A program made the position numbers and the translations under genes. Below the pieces are notes generated by a model. That model made no database searches and was not told the DNA's origin. It saw only the letters and a list, made by a program, of their open reading frames with translations. 64,000 nucleotides of DNA from Gammaproteobacteria bacterium (lineage in GTDB: Bacteria; Pseudomonadota; Gammaproteobacteria; Arenicellales; CAJQKF01). The stretch spans positions 6,263 to 70,262 of the forward strand of contig JAUIEZ010000006.1 of assembly GCA_030429665.1 (NCBI GenBank), read 5' to 3'. This document shows, piece by piece, positions 37,579-48,457 of the stretch; the stretch's first letter is position 1, and the number at the start of each line of letters is the position of its first letter.

Positions 37579-39005
37579 CTGTCGCCCAGTCGAGCAAGGC
37601 GTTCAAGGTCCGATCGCGCCGGGCGCTGCTGGACAACGACCTGCGCGAAGCCCTGGGCCGCGCGCGCGGCGGATTCGTCGAGCAGCGACGCGCGGCCTTC
37701 GAGGCGCTGCCCGAGTTCGAAGCCTTGCGCGACGCTGCCAACGAGATCCGCGAACACACGCTCTCGCACCTGGACTACTACCTGGAGCGCTATGCCGCGA
37801 ACGTGGAGATAAACGGCGGCACCGTGCACTGGGCGTCCACCGCAGAGGACATGAACCGCATCGTCGTCGACATCTGCCGCCGGGCGGGCGCGAAGCTGGT
37901 GACCAAGGGCAAGTCCATGGTCAGCGAGGAGACCGACCTGCATCACGCCCTGAAAGCCGCCGGCATCGAACGCATGGAAACGGATCTGGGCGAATACATC
38001 ATCCAACTCGCCGACGAGCCGCCGAGTCACATCATCGCCCCGGCGGTGCACAAGACGCGCGCCCAGATCACCGAACTGTTTCACGCCAACCATGCCCGCT
38101 TCGGCATCGAGGGCCGCGCCGAGGATCGCACCGCCATTGTGGCCGAAGCCCGCCGGGTGCTGCGCGAGGCCTTCCTGTCGGCGGACGTCGGCATCACCGG
38201 CGCCAATTTTCTCATCGCCGAGACCGGCTCCAACATCATCGTCACCAACGAGGGAAACGGCGACCTGACGTCCTGCCTGCCGAAGGTGCATATCGTTACC
38301 GCCGGCATCGAGAAGGTGATTCCCACCCTCGAGGACCTCTCGGTGTTCCTTCGCCTGCTGGGACGAAGCGCCACCGGCCAGGAGATGAGCGCCTACAGCA
38401 CGCTCTACTCGGGCCCGGCGAGACCCGGCGACTCCGACGGACCGGCCGAGTACCACGTGGTGCTGTTGGACAACGGTCGCTCCACCATGCTCGGCAACGA
38501 GTTTCACGAGATGCTGCGCTGCATCCGCTGCGGCGCTTGCCTGAACCATTGCCCGGTGTACAGTCACATCGGCGGGCACGCCTATGGCTGGGTGTATTCC
38601 GGGCCGATGGGTTCGGTTCTGACGCCCCTTTTCAAGGGCCTGGAAGAATCCTACGACTTGCCCAATGCGTGCACGCTCAACGGTCGCTGCCAGGAAGTGT
38701 GCCCGATGCGCATTCCTCTGCCGTCGCTGCTGCGGCGATTGCGCCAGCGCCAGGTGGAGGCGAAGATTACCCCTGCGCGCCAACGCCTGGCCCTTTCGAT
38801 GTGGTCCAGGCTCGCGGCGCGCCCCAGGGTCTACCGCTTCGTCACCAACCTTTCCATGCGATCCATGGCGTGGTTAGGTCGTCGACGCGGGGCGCTGCGC
38901 TACCTGCCGGCCGGGCGCGGCTGGACGCGTGGGCGCGATATGCCGGCGCCCGAGGGCGCCACGTTCATGACCCGCTGGCGCCGGCGCGGAGAGCAGGACA
39001 CATGA
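37575..39005 (+). CDS. lutB: LutB-type iron-sulfur lactate-utilisation protein
   Basis: Ferredoxin motifs CIRCGACLNHCPVY and C..NGRCQEVCPMRI, plus the LUD domain region. Confidence 0.85.
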   Translation: MTVAQSSKAFKVRSRRALLDNDLREALGRARGGFVEQRRAAFEALPEFEALRDAANEIREHTLSHLDYYLERYAANVEINGGTVHWASTAEDMNRIVVDICRRAGAKLVTKGKSMVSEETDLHHALKAAGIERMETDLGEYIIQLADEPPSHIIAPAVHKTRAQITELFHANHARFGIEGRAEDRTAIVAEARRVLREAFLSADVGITGANFLIAETGSNIIVTNEGNGDLTSCLPKVHIVTAGIEKVIPTLEDLSVFLRLLGRSATGQEMSAYSTLYSGPARPGDSDGPAEYHVVLLDNGRSTMLGNEFHEMLRCIRCGACLNHCPVYSHIGGHAYGWVYSGPMGSVLTPLFKGLEESYDLPNACTLNGRCQEVCPMRIPLPSLLRRLRQRQVEAKITPARQRLALSMWSRLAARPRVYRFVTNLSMRSMAWLGRRRGALRYLPAGRGWTRGRDMPAPEGATFMTRWRRRGEQDT

Positions 39006-39670
39006 GTCGCGAGCGAATCCTGGCCGAGATCCGTCGTTCTCTCAAGCGTCGCGAGGCGCTCGACGAGAACGTCCGTCGCGGCATCGAGGCGCGCAACGCG
39101 GATATCCATCCCCACGTCCAGCCGGCGTACGACGAGGATCTCGTCGAGCGCCTGGTGCGCAAGCACCGGGATTTGCACGGCAGCGTCGAACCGATCGACA
39201 CCGCGCTGCATATCGTCAACGCGGTGATCGCCTACCTGCGCGACAACGACCTGCCGCAGCGACTGGTGGCCGCCGATCGCGCACCGGTCAAGGACTTGCC
39301 CTGGGGAGACGGCGTCACCTGCGAGCACCGGCCGGCGCGCGGCGACGATGCCGTGGCGTTGTCGGTTGCCGACGCCGCCATCGCCGAGACCGGAACCATC
39401 GTCGTCGTCTCCTCGCCGGATTCGCCGATGACCCACAACTATCTGCCCGAGCACCACATCGTGGTGGTGCCGGTGTCCGTCGTGGTGCGCTGGCAGGAGG
39501 ACGTGTGGCGAATCCTGCGCAAGCGGCCGGACTTCCCGCCGCGCGGCATTGCCATGATCTCGGGACCGTCAAAGACGGCCGACGTGGAGCAGACCATCGA
39601 GTACGGCGCTCATGGTCCACGCAACGTTCACCTGTTGCTGCTAGGCGACGGGCAAGCGCGGGGGGCTTGA
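39002..39670 (+). CDS. lutC: LutC/YkgG-family (LUD domain) protein
   Basis: ATG 39002 overlaps the lutB stop. MSRERILAEIRRSL N-terminus and the length are typical of LutC. Confidence 0.78.
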   Translation: MSRERILAEIRRSLKRREALDENVRRGIEARNADIHPHVQPAYDEDLVERLVRKHRDLHGSVEPIDTALHIVNAVIAYLRDNDLPQRLVAADRAPVKDLPWGDGVTCEHRPARGDDAVALSVADAAIAETGTIVVVSSPDSPMTHNYLPEHHIVVVPVSVVVRWQEDVWRILRKRPDFPPRGIAMISGPSKTADVEQTIEYGAHGPRNVHLLLLGDGQARGA

Positions 39671-41313
39671 TGGAACGCCTGTTCGATCCAGCGACGGCCC
39701 GGGACTTCGACGCCCTTTCGCGCACGTTTCGATGGCGCATGCCCAAGCGCTTCAACATCGCCCAGGCCGTCTGCGACCGCCACGAATCCATCGGCGATCG
39801 CACGGCAATCTTCTGCGAGGACGAAACGGGTCGCGCGGCGAGCTACACGTTCGGCGAGGTTCGCACGATGGTAAACCGCTTTGCCAACACGCTGGTGCAG
39901 ATGGGCATCAAGCGCGGCGACCGCGTGGCCATCGTGCTGCCGCAGCGCATCGAGACCGCGGTGAGCCATCTCGCGGCGTTCAAGGTCGGCGCCGTCACCG
40001 TGCCGCTTTCGGTGCTGTTCGGTCCGGATGCCCTGCGATACCGGCTCGGCGACAGCGGCGCGAAGCTGGTGATCTCCGACGCCGTCCGTCGCGAGACGCT
40101 CGAGTCCCTTGCCCGCGAGTTCGACGAACTGCACCACGTCATTGACTGCGACGAGCAGCGCGAAGGCGGTTTCTGGTCGCTGCTCGAGCGCGGTGCCGGC
40201 ACCTTCGAAACCGCCGACACCGCGGCCGACGATCCGGCGCTGATTATCTACACGTCCGGCACCACGGGACCGCCCAAGGGCGCGCTGGTCGCCCACCGCT
40301 GTCTGCTCGGCAACCTTACGGGCTTCGAACTGTCACAGAATTTTTTCCCGCAGGAAGGCGACCTGTTCTGGACGCCGGCGGACTGGGCCTGGACCGGCGG
40401 GTTGATCGACGCGCTGCTGCCGTCGCTCTACTACGGCTACCCGGTGCTGGGCTACGACTACGGCAAGTTCGATCCCGAGCGCGCCTGCGAATTGATCGGG
40501 CGTTACCGGGTACGCTGCGCCTTCATTCCGCCCACGGCGTTGAAAATGATGCGCCAGGTCAAGGATCCGCGCGGGCGTCACGGGGTCGACCTGCGCGCGG
40601 TTATGTCCGCGGGCGAATCCATGGGCGCCGAGCTCTACCACTGGGGCCGGGACGTGCTCGGCATCGAGATCAACGAGATGTGGGGGCAGAGCGAATTCAA
40701 CTACATCGTCGGCAACTGCTCGGCCATCATGCCGGTTCGGCCGGGCGCCATGGGAAAATCGTACCCCGGTCACCGCGTGGCGCCGGTGGACGAGGAAGGC
40801 AACGAGAAGCCGGTTGGCGAGATCGGCGAGTTGTGCGCCTGGCGGGACGACCCGGTGATGTTTCTCGGCTACTGGAACCGTCCCGACGCCACCGAGGAAA
40901 AATTCATCGGTCCGTGGTGGAGCACGGGCGACATGGGCTATCGAGATGAGGACGGTTATCTTTGGTTCGTGGGCCGCAAGGACGACGTCATCTCCAGCGC
41001 GGGCTACCGCATCGGCCCCGGGGAGATCGAGGACTGCCTCATCACCCATCCCGCGGTACTGCAGGCCGCCGCCGTGGGCAGCCCGGATCCGTTACGCGGC
41101 GAGATCGTCAAGGCCTTCGTCGTCCTCGCCGACGGATTCCGCGGAACGGAGGAGCTGAAAAAGGAGATCCAGGACGCGGTGAGAAAGCGCCTGGCGGCCT
41201 ACGAGTATCCGCGCGAGATCGAGTTCATCGACGCCCTGCCGCTTACCACCACGGGCAAGGTCCGTCGCATCGAGTTGCGTGAACGCGAGCGGCGCGCGAA
41301 GCAAAAATCCTGA
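39670..41313 (+). CDS. AMP-forming acyl-CoA synthetase (medium/short-chain type)
   Basis: ATG 39670 overlaps the lutC stop (ATGA). AMP motif IIYTSGTTGPPKG, DGYLWFVGRKDDVI, and the C-terminal TTTGKVRR lysine. Confidence 0.86.
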   Translation: MERLFDPATARDFDALSRTFRWRMPKRFNIAQAVCDRHESIGDRTAIFCEDETGRAASYTFGEVRTMVNRFANTLVQMGIKRGDRVAIVLPQRIETAVSHLAAFKVGAVTVPLSVLFGPDALRYRLGDSGAKLVISDAVRRETLESLAREFDELHHVIDCDEQREGGFWSLLERGAGTFETADTAADDPALIIYTSGTTGPPKGALVAHRCLLGNLTGFELSQNFFPQEGDLFWTPADWAWTGGLIDALLPSLYYGYPVLGYDYGKFDPERACELIGRYRVRCAFIPPTALKMMRQVKDPRGRHGVDLRAVMSAGESMGAELYHWGRDVLGIEINEMWGQSEFNYIVGNCSAIMPVRPGAMGKSYPGHRVAPVDEEGNEKPVGEIGELCAWRDDPVMFLGYWNRPDATEEKFIGPWWSTGDMGYRDEDGYLWFVGRKDDVISSAGYRIGPGEIEDCLITHPAVLQAAAVGSPDPLRGEIVKAFVVLADGFRGTEELKKEIQDAVRKRLAAYEYPREIEFIDALPLTTTGKVRRIELRERERRAKQKS

Positions 41314-41424
41314 CGCGGCATCATCGTGTATCGAATCGCGAATAGTCGCGCGCCCGCATGTCAGGACTCTGACGGCTACGGCAACCAGCGGGTGTATTCA
41401 TTCCCCGCCCGTGGCGCCCTCCCC

Positions 41425-41781
41425 TCAGCCGGGTCGTCCGACCATTCTCCCCAGGTCGCGCCCGCCGAGCAGGTGCAGGTGGATGTGCATCACCTCCTGG
41501 TGCCCGTCGGGGCCGCAATTGAGCAGCAGCCGGTAGCCGGTCTCGGCAATACCCTCGTCCGCGGCGATTTTCTTGGCCACGGTCATCATGCGTCCGAGCA
41601 GCGCCTCGTCGTCCGCGTCCGCGTCGTTCATGGTGGGGATCAACTTGTTGGGCACCACCAGCACGTGAACCGGCGCCTGGGGATTGATGTCGCGAAACGC
41701 CGTGACCAGGTCGTCCTGGTAGAGCATGTCGGAGGGAATTTCCTTGCGGATGATCTTGCTGAATATGGTCTCGGTGCTCAT
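41425..41781 (-). CDS. HIT-family (HINT-like) nucleotide hydrolase
   Basis: Histidine triad HIHLHLLGG; N-terminus [13 protein letters not shown]. Confidence 0.87.
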   Translation of the reverse strand: MSTETIFSKIIRKEIPSDMLYQDDLVTAFRDINPQAPVHVLVVPNKLIPTMNDADADDEALLGRMMTVAKKIAADEGIAETGYRLLLNCGPDGHQEVMHIHLHLLGGRDLGRMVGRPG

Positions 41782-41911
41782 TTCGCGGGATTGGATGGTG
41801 AATCGGACGACACCATTCTAAATTAGCGATAATTCCCGTTACAATCTAACCTTTTGTCTCCCCGCGGGACCCGTATCCCGGGTCCCCGGAAAAACCAGCG
41901 AGTGACGACCG

Positions 41912-42913
41912 ATGGACAGCTTTCGCGCATTTCGAATTCACCAGGCCGACAAGGGCGTTCGCGCCGGCTTCGAGACGATCTCGCTCGACGACCTCACCCC
42001 CGGCGAGGTCGTCATCCGCGTGCACTACTCGGATGTCAACTACAAGGATGCCCTGGCCGCAACCGGCAAGGGTCGCATTCTCAGGCAGTATCCTCTCAAC
42101 GGCGGCATCGACTTGTCCGGTACCGTGATCTCCAGCGAGGACGACAGGTACGAGGAGGGCCAGCAGGTACTGGTGGTGGGCTGCGGCCTGTCCGAAGTAT
42201 TCGACGGCGGCTACTCCGAGATCGCCCGCGTGCCGGCCGACTGCGTGGTGCCGCTGCCCGCCGGGCTCACCCTGTTCGACGCCATGGCCATCGGCACGGC
42301 CGGATTCACCGCCGCTCTCGCGGTACTGCGCATGGAGCAACTGGGACAGGAGCCCGGGATGGGCGAGATCGTGGTGACCGGCGCCACGGGCGGCGTCGGC
42401 AGCGTCGCCATCGACATCCTTTCCGCGCGCGGCTATGACGTCGTTGCCTTCACCGGCAAGACCAACCAGGCCGAGTATCTCGAACGCCTGGGGGCCAAGC
42501 GGCTGCTCGACCGCGGCCAGGTCGATTTCGGCAGCAAGCCCATGGAGAAAGCCACGTGGGGCGGGGCGGTGGACAGCGTGGGCGGCGAGACGCTTACCTG
42601 GCTCACCCGCACCGTCAGGCCGTTCGGCAACATTGCCTCGGTGGGATTGGCCGGCGGTTTCAAGCTTGAGACCACCGTCATGCCCTTTATCCTCCGGGGC
42701 GTGTCGCTGATCGGCATCAACTCCATCGAGATGCCGTCATCGCTGCGCAACAAGGCCTGGGAGCTGCTGGGACAGGACATGCGTCCCCGCCACCTGGACC
42801 AGATCGTTTCCCGGGTGGTGGAATTCGACGAGTTGCCGACCGTATTCAACGACTATATCGAGGGTGCCGTCACCGGTCGTACCGTGGTGCGCCTTCACGC
42901 CGGCGACCGCTGA
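41912..42913 (+). CDS. acuI: YhdH/AcuI-type acrylyl-CoA reductase (MDR family)
   Basis: Aligns by eye along its full length with E. coli YhdH (NYKDALA.TGKG, GTAGFTA, VVTGA.GGVGS, GLAGGF.L.TTVMPFILRGV). Confidence 0.85.
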   Translation: MDSFRAFRIHQADKGVRAGFETISLDDLTPGEVVIRVHYSDVNYKDALAATGKGRILRQYPLNGGIDLSGTVISSEDDRYEEGQQVLVVGCGLSEVFDGGYSEIARVPADCVVPLPAGLTLFDAMAIGTAGFTAALAVLRMEQLGQEPGMGEIVVTGATGGVGSVAIDILSARGYDVVAFTGKTNQAEYLERLGAKRLLDRGQVDFGSKPMEKATWGGAVDSVGGETLTWLTRTVRPFGNIASVGLAGGFKLETTVMPFILRGVSLIGINSIEMPSSLRNKAWELLGQDMRPRHLDQIVSRVVEFDELPTVFNDYIEGAVTGRTVVRLHAGDR

Positions 42914-42934
42914 ACCGCGCCGGGCATTGCGTCC

Positions 42935-43384
42935 TTGAATGCCTCGCGGGAACAACCGGGCCGGGAGTTGTACGGCTATTGGAACCGTCTGCCCACGCGT
43001 TGGGCGGACAACGACTGCTACGGCCACGTCAACAACTCGGTGTACTACTTCTACATCGACAGCGTGGTCAACCGGTACCTCATCGAGGCCGGCGGACTGG
43101 TGCCGTCCGCGTCGGAAACCATCGGCCTGGTAGTCGAATCCCACTGCCGCTACGCGCGGCCGTTCTCCTACCCCCAGGTGATCGAGGCCGGCCTGCGTGT
43201 CACGCGCATCGGCACGAGCAGCGTATCCTACGAAGTCGGCATGTTTCACGGAGGCGAGGAAGTGGCCTCGGTCTGGGGCGGGTTCATTCACGTATTCGTG
43301 GATCGCACCGACCAGCGCCCGGTGACCATTCCCGCGGACATACGCACCGCCCTGGAGCGCATACTGAAGGCAGGGGAACAATGA
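42935..43384 (+). CDS. hotdog-fold acyl-CoA thioesterase (YbgC/4HBT-like)
   Basis: DCYGHVNNSVYYFYIDS motif. TTG start is the only in-frame option near the 5' end. Confidence 0.7.
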   Translation: MNASREQPGRELYGYWNRLPTRWADNDCYGHVNNSVYYFYIDSVVNRYLIEAGGLVPSASETIGLVVESHCRYARPFSYPQVIEAGLRVTRIGTSSVSYEVGMFHGGEEVASVWGGFIHVFVDRTDQRPVTIPADIRTALERILKAGEQ

Positions 43385-44241
43385 GCCGCTGGATGAACCG
43401 CCTCGACGGCGCCGCCTTCCGCGCACTGGATCGAAAGGCCATCACGCTGCTCGGCATGTCCGGTGTCGGCAAGACCACCTTGTGCCGAAAGCTGCCTTCC
43501 GACCAGTGGTTCCATTACTCCGGCGACTACCGCATCGGCACCCGCTACCTGGACGAGCCGATCCTGGACAACATCAAGCGCGAGGCGATGAAGGTACCGT
43601 ACCTTGCGGAGCTGCTGCGTCAGGATTCCATTTATATCTGCCACAACATCACCACGGAGAATCTGACGCCAATCTCCACCTTCCTGGGCAAGATCGGCGA
43701 TCCGGACAAGGGCGGCATTTCCGTGGAGGAATTCAAGCATCGCCAGGCGCTGCACATGAAGGCGGAGTGCCGAGCCATGTGGGACGTGGGCGCGTTCATC
43801 GACAAGGCCTGGGAGGTTTACGGTTACCGGCATTTCATCAACGACGCCGGCGGCAGCCTGTGCGAACTCGAGGACGAAAAGCTGTTCGACATGCTTGCCA
43901 GCCGCACCTTGATCGTCTACCTCGAGGCGCCGGCCGACATGCTCGAGGAACTCGGCCGGCGCGCACGCGCCTACCCCAAGCCGTTGTACTATCGCCCCGA
44001 ATTCCTCGACGATAACCTGTCCGCCTACCTGGCCGAACGTGGCCTCGATGGTCCGGATAATGTCGAACCGGACGACTTTGCCCGCTGGATATTCCCGCGC
44101 CTGGTCGCGTGGCGTCTGCCGCGCTACCGCGCCATCGCCGAGCGCTACGGCATTACCATCGACGCCGGGCGCATCCAGGAACTGAAAGACGAGGCAGACG
44201 TGATCGACCTGATCGCCGACGCGCTCGACGGCGGGGGCTGA
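43381..44241 (+). CDS. P-loop NTPase/kinase-fold protein of unknown function
   Basis: ATG 43381 overlaps the thioesterase stop (ATGA). Walker A GMSGVGKTT near the N-terminus. 286 aa with no other motif I can assign. Confidence 0.6.
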   Translation: MSRWMNRLDGAAFRALDRKAITLLGMSGVGKTTLCRKLPSDQWFHYSGDYRIGTRYLDEPILDNIKREAMKVPYLAELLRQDSIYICHNITTENLTPISTFLGKIGDPDKGGISVEEFKHRQALHMKAECRAMWDVGAFIDKAWEVYGYRHFINDAGGSLCELEDEKLFDMLASRTLIVYLEAPADMLEELGRRARAYPKPLYYRPEFLDDNLSAYLAERGLDGPDNVEPDDFARWIFPRLVAWRLPRYRAIAERYGITIDAGRIQELKDEADVIDLIADALDGGG

Positions 44242-44246
44242 TCGAC

Positions 44247-45308
44247 ATGCCACTGGTCGCCAACACCGCGCTGCCCGGATTCGAGCGCCTGCGCGCCGAG
44301 GGCGAGGAGGTCCTCGACGTCGAGCGCGCCCATCACCAGGACATCCGCGAACTGCATATCGGCCTGCTCAACATGATGCCCGACGCCGCGATGGAAGTGA
44401 CCGAGCGGCAGTTCATGAGACTGGTGGGCGGCTGCAACCGCATCGCACAGTTCTACGTCTACCCGTTCAGCCTGCCGGAAATCCCGCGCGGCGAGGATGC
44501 GCGGCGGCACATTGAAAACTACTACTTCGGTTACGACGATATCCGCCGGGATGGCCTCGACGCGTTGATCATCACCGGCGCCATCCCCGGCGCGGACCTC
44601 ACCCGCGAGCCGTTCTGGCCGCCGCTTGGCGGCGTGCTGGACTGGGCCCGCGAGCACGTGACATCGACCCTGTGCGCGTGTCTCGCCACCCACGCGGTGA
44701 TGAAATACTTCTGGGATATCGACCGCCGGCCGCTGGGCTTCAAGCGCTGGGGCGTGTACCACCATCGCCGCCAACTGGTACACCCGATGGTGCGCAACAC
44801 CAACACCCGATTCGACGTGCCCCACTCGCGTTTCAACGAGATCTATCCCGAGCAGATGACATCGCACGGTATCCGGGTGCTGGTGGACAGCGAGGAAGCC
44901 GGCGTGCACCTGGCGGTGAGTCCGGACGGCTTTCGCTTCGTGTTCTTCCAGGGTCATCCCGAGTACGACCAGAACAGCCTGCTCAAGGAATACAAGCGCG
45001 AGGTCGTGCGTTTCGTCAATGGCGAGATACAGACCTACCCGCCGTATCCGGACCACTACCTCACCGAACATGGCAAGCACCTGCTCGACGAATACAGAAA
45101 GCGTCTCGTCGAGTCCGCCGACCGTCGCGCCCTGCTCGCCGAGTTCCCCGAGGCCGAGGCCCTTGCCGAAACCGACTACACTTGGGGCGATACCGGCAAG
45201 ATCATTTTCAACAACTGGCTCGGCCTGGTCTATCAGCTCACCGGCAAGAACAGGGACGAGCCGTTCATGGAAGGCGTCGACCCGGACGATCCGTTACGGA
45301 TCGGGTAA
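44247..45308 (+). CDS. metA: homoserine O-acyltransferase (MetA family)
   Basis: LLNMMPD, DALIITGA, HVTSTLCACLA, PHSRFNE, FFQGHPEYD align with E. coli MetA. Confidence 0.9.
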   Translation: MPLVANTALPGFERLRAEGEEVLDVERAHHQDIRELHIGLLNMMPDAAMEVTERQFMRLVGGCNRIAQFYVYPFSLPEIPRGEDARRHIENYYFGYDDIRRDGLDALIITGAIPGADLTREPFWPPLGGVLDWAREHVTSTLCACLATHAVMKYFWDIDRRPLGFKRWGVYHHRRQLVHPMVRNTNTRFDVPHSRFNEIYPEQMTSHGIRVLVDSEEAGVHLAVSPDGFRFVFFQGHPEYDQNSLLKEYKREVVRFVNGEIQTYPPYPDHYLTEHGKHLLDEYRKRLVESADRRALLAEFPEAEALAETDYTWGDTGKIIFNNWLGLVYQLTGKNRDEPFMEGVDPDDPLRIG

Positions 45309-45495
45309 CTTGGCTCACGGCCCCGCCCGGCACGTCGTCCGGCAACCCGGTTGCCGATTGACCAAGAGCGCTTACTACCCCTGCGCGGGGGCGGCGTAGT
45401 TGGCGAGCGCCCAACCGAATCTCGTCCCGGTAACGTTGCCGTAGGCCGCGTGCGATCGTGACGTCATTGCCATCGTTCGGCATGCCCGGGGCGTG

Positions 45496-46086
45496 TCACT
45501 CCGTCGGAATCATCGATACACCCGGGTAGACGATCGACAGGCGGCGGTCTTGAAGATTGAATCGAAGCGCGCCGTCGCGATCGAGCTTGGTACCGTGGTC
45601 TGCGGTCATGTCCCAGCCGGTCGCCAGGCTGATCGCGGCGCGGATGACGCCCTTGTGGGTGATCGCGCCGACGGGTGGGCCGGTGTCGGGCAGCGAGGTA
45701 AGCCAGTTTCCGAGGCGGCGGGCGACCTCCCGCGGCGATTCGCCGCCGCTTGGGCGAAAGTCCAGTCCGCGGCGCTCGTTTGCGGCCATGGTCTCGCCGA
45801 GCTCGGCGCGCAGGTCGGCGATGCGGCGTCCCGTCCACTCGCCCCAGTCCATCTCGATCAGCGCGTCGACCGTGGCGACGGGGGTGATGCCGAGCAGCCG
45901 CGCCGTCTCCCGGGTTCGCGAAAGGGGGCTGACGTACCAGGCCGCGCGGCGCGCCTCATTCGGCAGTTGCCAGCGGCGTACCTGCGCCACGCCCTCGGGG
46001 CTCAGCGGCACGTCCGTCTGTCCCTGGATGCGTCGCTCCAGGTTCCAGGCCGTGTAACCGTGTCGGATCAGGTAGAGTTCGCGCAT
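45496..46086 (-). CDS. histidine phosphatase family protein (PGM/CobC-like)
   Basis: RHG motif [11 protein letters not shown] and a later H in ITHKGVIRA. Its 5' end overlaps the upstream GT gene stop by 19 nt. Confidence 0.8.
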   Translation of the reverse strand: MRELYLIRHGYTAWNLERRIQGQTDVPLSPEGVAQVRRWQLPNEARRAAWYVSPLSRTRETARLLGITPVATVDALIEMDWGEWTGRRIADLRAELGETMAANERRGLDFRPSGGESPREVARRLGNWLTSLPDTGPPVGAITHKGVIRAAISLATGWDMTADHGTKLDRDGALRFNLQDRRLSIVYPGVSMIPTE

Positions 46087-47171
46087 AGTTCCCGTACCAG
46101 GTGATCGAGTGTGGCCGTCGCCGCGCCGATGGTGTGGCGCGCGCGGACGTTTTCCAGCGCCTCGCGCCCCATGCGCTCGATTACCGCCGGACGTCGAAGC
46201 AGGTAGTCGATGGTGCGCGCGGCCGCTCCGGGATCGGCGAGGTCGACCAGCAGGCCGCCGCGCCCGTGCGTCACGACCTCGGGCACGCCGCCGTTGCGCC
46301 CGGCAACCACGGCGAGGGACCGCGACTGCGCCTCGATCAGCGCCATGCCGAAGGCTTCGTTGACCGCCGGCCAGACGAACAGGTCGCCGGCGTCGAGCAC
46401 GGCCGCCAACGCGGCGCCTTCAAGGCGACCGTGGAACCTTATCCGGTCGCCCGCTGATTCCGATAGCCGATACCGAACGTCTTCCACGTCATTGCCGTCG
46501 CCGACCACGTCGAACGTCCAGCGGCGCGACGTCAGGCGGCCGATCCAATCGGCAAGCAGCCGCCAGGATCGAGCCTTGTCGCCGTGCCGCATGCGCGCGA
46601 CGGTGACCATCCGCACCGTTTCCCCGGGCGTGCGTCGATTCGACGGCGGCCATCCGTCGAGGTCGATGAACGGCGCCATCCGCACCAGCGGCGCGCCGTG
46701 CCGCATCAGCGGGCGGGTACATTCGACGTCGCGCCGATTGAGAGCGATCACCGCGTCGGCCCGGCTGACACAGCGGCGGGCTTGTTCATGGCCTTCGCAC
46801 CACGCACCGCCGGCCTGGGACGGCGATACCGAAGCCTCGGCGATGACGTATGGCAAAGAAAGCGCCTCGCAGACGCGCGGCCCGATCCAGTCCGGCGCCT
46901 TGTGGTACACGTGGTAGCTGAGCCAAAGATCCGGGCACGCGGAACCGCGCCAGCGATCGATCAGGTCGTCGGCTTCCCGCTCGGCGTCGGCGCGTATGCG
47001 TCGCTGCCGTCGGGCGTCGCCCGCGCCTTCGAAACTCCGGGTCGTCGAGGCGAGCCAGACTCTGTGCCCGGCACGCTCGAGGGCGGCGATCATCAGCCGT
47101 GCCAACAGCCGGTCGCCGGACGGGTTGGGGTGGTCGGGCGGTTTCAGCGGTGCGTAGAAGGCGATGTTCAC
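46068..47171 (-). CDS. glycosyltransferase family 4 (GT-B) protein
   Basis: GTG 47171 overlaps the upstream stop (GTGA). [21 protein letters not shown]-terminus. E-x7-E region [12 protein letters not shown]. Confidence 0.75.
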   Translation of the reverse strand: MNIAFYAPLKPPDHPNPSGDRLLARLMIAALERAGHRVWLASTTRSFEGAGDARRQRRIRADAEREADDLIDRWRGSACPDLWLSYHVYHKAPDWIGPRVCEALSLPYVIAEASVSPSQAGGAWCEGHEQARRCVSRADAVIALNRRDVECTRPLMRHGAPLVRMAPFIDLDGWPPSNRRTPGETVRMVTVARMRHGDKARSWRLLADWIGRLTSRRWTFDVVGDGNDVEDVRYRLSESAGDRIRFHGRLEGAALAAVLDAGDLFVWPAVNEAFGMALIEAQSRSLAVVAGRNGGVPEVVTHGRGGLLVDLADPGAAARTIDYLLRRPAVIERMGREALENVRARHTIGAATATLDHLVRELCANST

Positions 47172-48457
47172 ATCGATACCAGCAGGTTGCGCAACTCGGT
47201 GATCTCCCGCTCCTGGGAAAACGATTCGCGAAGTCGTTCGATGGCTCGCGCTGCGACCTCGGCGCGCACGTGGGGCTCGCGGATCAGCCGCTGCATCGCC
47301 CGGGCGAAGGCCTCGGCGTCTCCGGGCGGCACCAGGAAGCCCGTTTCTCCGTCGGTAATCAGTTCCGGAATGCCCGACACCCGGGTTGCCAGGCAGCACA
47401 GGCGTTGGCTTTGCGCCTCCATCAGCACGTTGGGCAGGCCATCTCGGTCGCCGTTGCCGGTGACGATCGAGGCAAGCACGAAGAGGTCGGCGCCGCGGTA
47501 GGCGTCGAGCACCTCGTCCTGGGGCAGGGCGCCGCGCCATTCGATGCGCCCGGCAATGCCGAGTCTTCGCGCCTGCGCCTTGAGATTCGGCAGTTCGGGT
47601 CCGCCGCCGACGTGGACCAAGGACCAATGGAGCGCCGGCGGGAGTGCGGACAGTGCCTCGAGCAGCACCGGGTAGCCCTTTTTCGGCACGGCGCGGCCCA
47701 CCGAGATCAGCTTGACCGGTCGAGCCGCCGATCCGTCGCCACCGCCAGCCTCGGGGCCGGGATCGGGGAAACGCCCGAAATCGATACCGTGATAAACCCG
47801 CCTCACGTGATCGGGTCGCGCGGCCAGGGATTTCAGGTGCGCGGTGTTCGCCTCGGTACAGGTGACGACGAATTCAGATTCCGCCAACTTCTCGCGTTTT
47901 TCCCACTCGGGAATGGTCCAGATGTCCTTGGCATGCGCCGACACCGCCCATGGAAGGTTCATCAGCATGGCGGCGTATCGGGCTACCGAGGCCGGCGTGT
48001 GGATAAAATGCGCGTAGATGGCGCGGCAATCGGGCGGAAACTCACGCGCAAGCACCAGCGCCTGGGCGAATCGGCGGACCCGGTTGGGGGTGGGATCGCG
48101 GCGAAGGTCGCGCAGCCACGCGCGAAGCGCCGGGCCGGTGTTCAGGCGGAACAGCCCATGAAGCAGCGCTCTCATTACGCGTAGAGGCTCCTGGTAGACG
48201 TATTCCGGCAAGTATGTGACGGGCGCGTGAATTTCGCGGTGGATCGGGTGTATAGTGTGATCGGTGGGGTGGCGCAAGGAGATCAATCGAAGTCTTAGCC
48301 CCATCTCTTCGAGCGCCTTCAGTTCCTGCGCGATGAAGGTTTCGGAGAGCCGCGGGTAGCCCTTGAGCACGACCGCGATGCAGGGCGATTTGCCGGTTGC
48401 GTCGGGGGCCGCGGGGGCAGGGAGGTCGACGGGGTCGATGGTTGCCCGCGTTGTCAT
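47168..48457 (-). CDS. glycosyltransferase family 4 (WcaL-like) protein
   Basis: Start at MTTRAT (48457). CIAVVLKGYPRLSETFIAQEL N-terminal motif. C-terminal GLPNVLMEAQS...GIPELI. Confidence 0.75.
   Translation of the reverse strand: MTTRATIDPVDLPAPAAPDATGKSPCIAVVLKGYPRLSETFIAQELKALEEMGLRLRLISLRHPTDHTIHPIHREIHAPVTYLPEYVYQEPLRVMRALLHGLFRLNTGPALRAWLRDLRRDPTPNRVRRFAQALVLAREFPPDCRAIYAHFIHTPASVARYAAMLMNLPWAVSAHAKDIWTIPEWEKREKLAESEFVVTCTEANTAHLKSLAARPDHVRRVYHGIDFGRFPDPGPEAGGGDGSAARPVKLISVGRAVPKKGYPVLLEALSALPPALHWSLVHVGGGPELPNLKAQARRLGIAGRIEWRGALPQDEVLDAYRGADLFVLASIVTGNGDRDGLPNVLMEAQSQRLCCLATRVSGIPELITDGETGFLVPPGDAEAFARAMQRLIREPHVRAEVAARAIERLRESFSQEREITELRNLLVSM

Noticed and set aside
45340-45358. 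Hairpin CGGCAAC-ccg-GTTGCCG 32 nt after the metA stop as an intrinsic terminator
   Set aside because: Perfect 7-bp stem, but the 3' flank (ATTGACC) lacks a U-tract. Too weak to annotate as a terminator.
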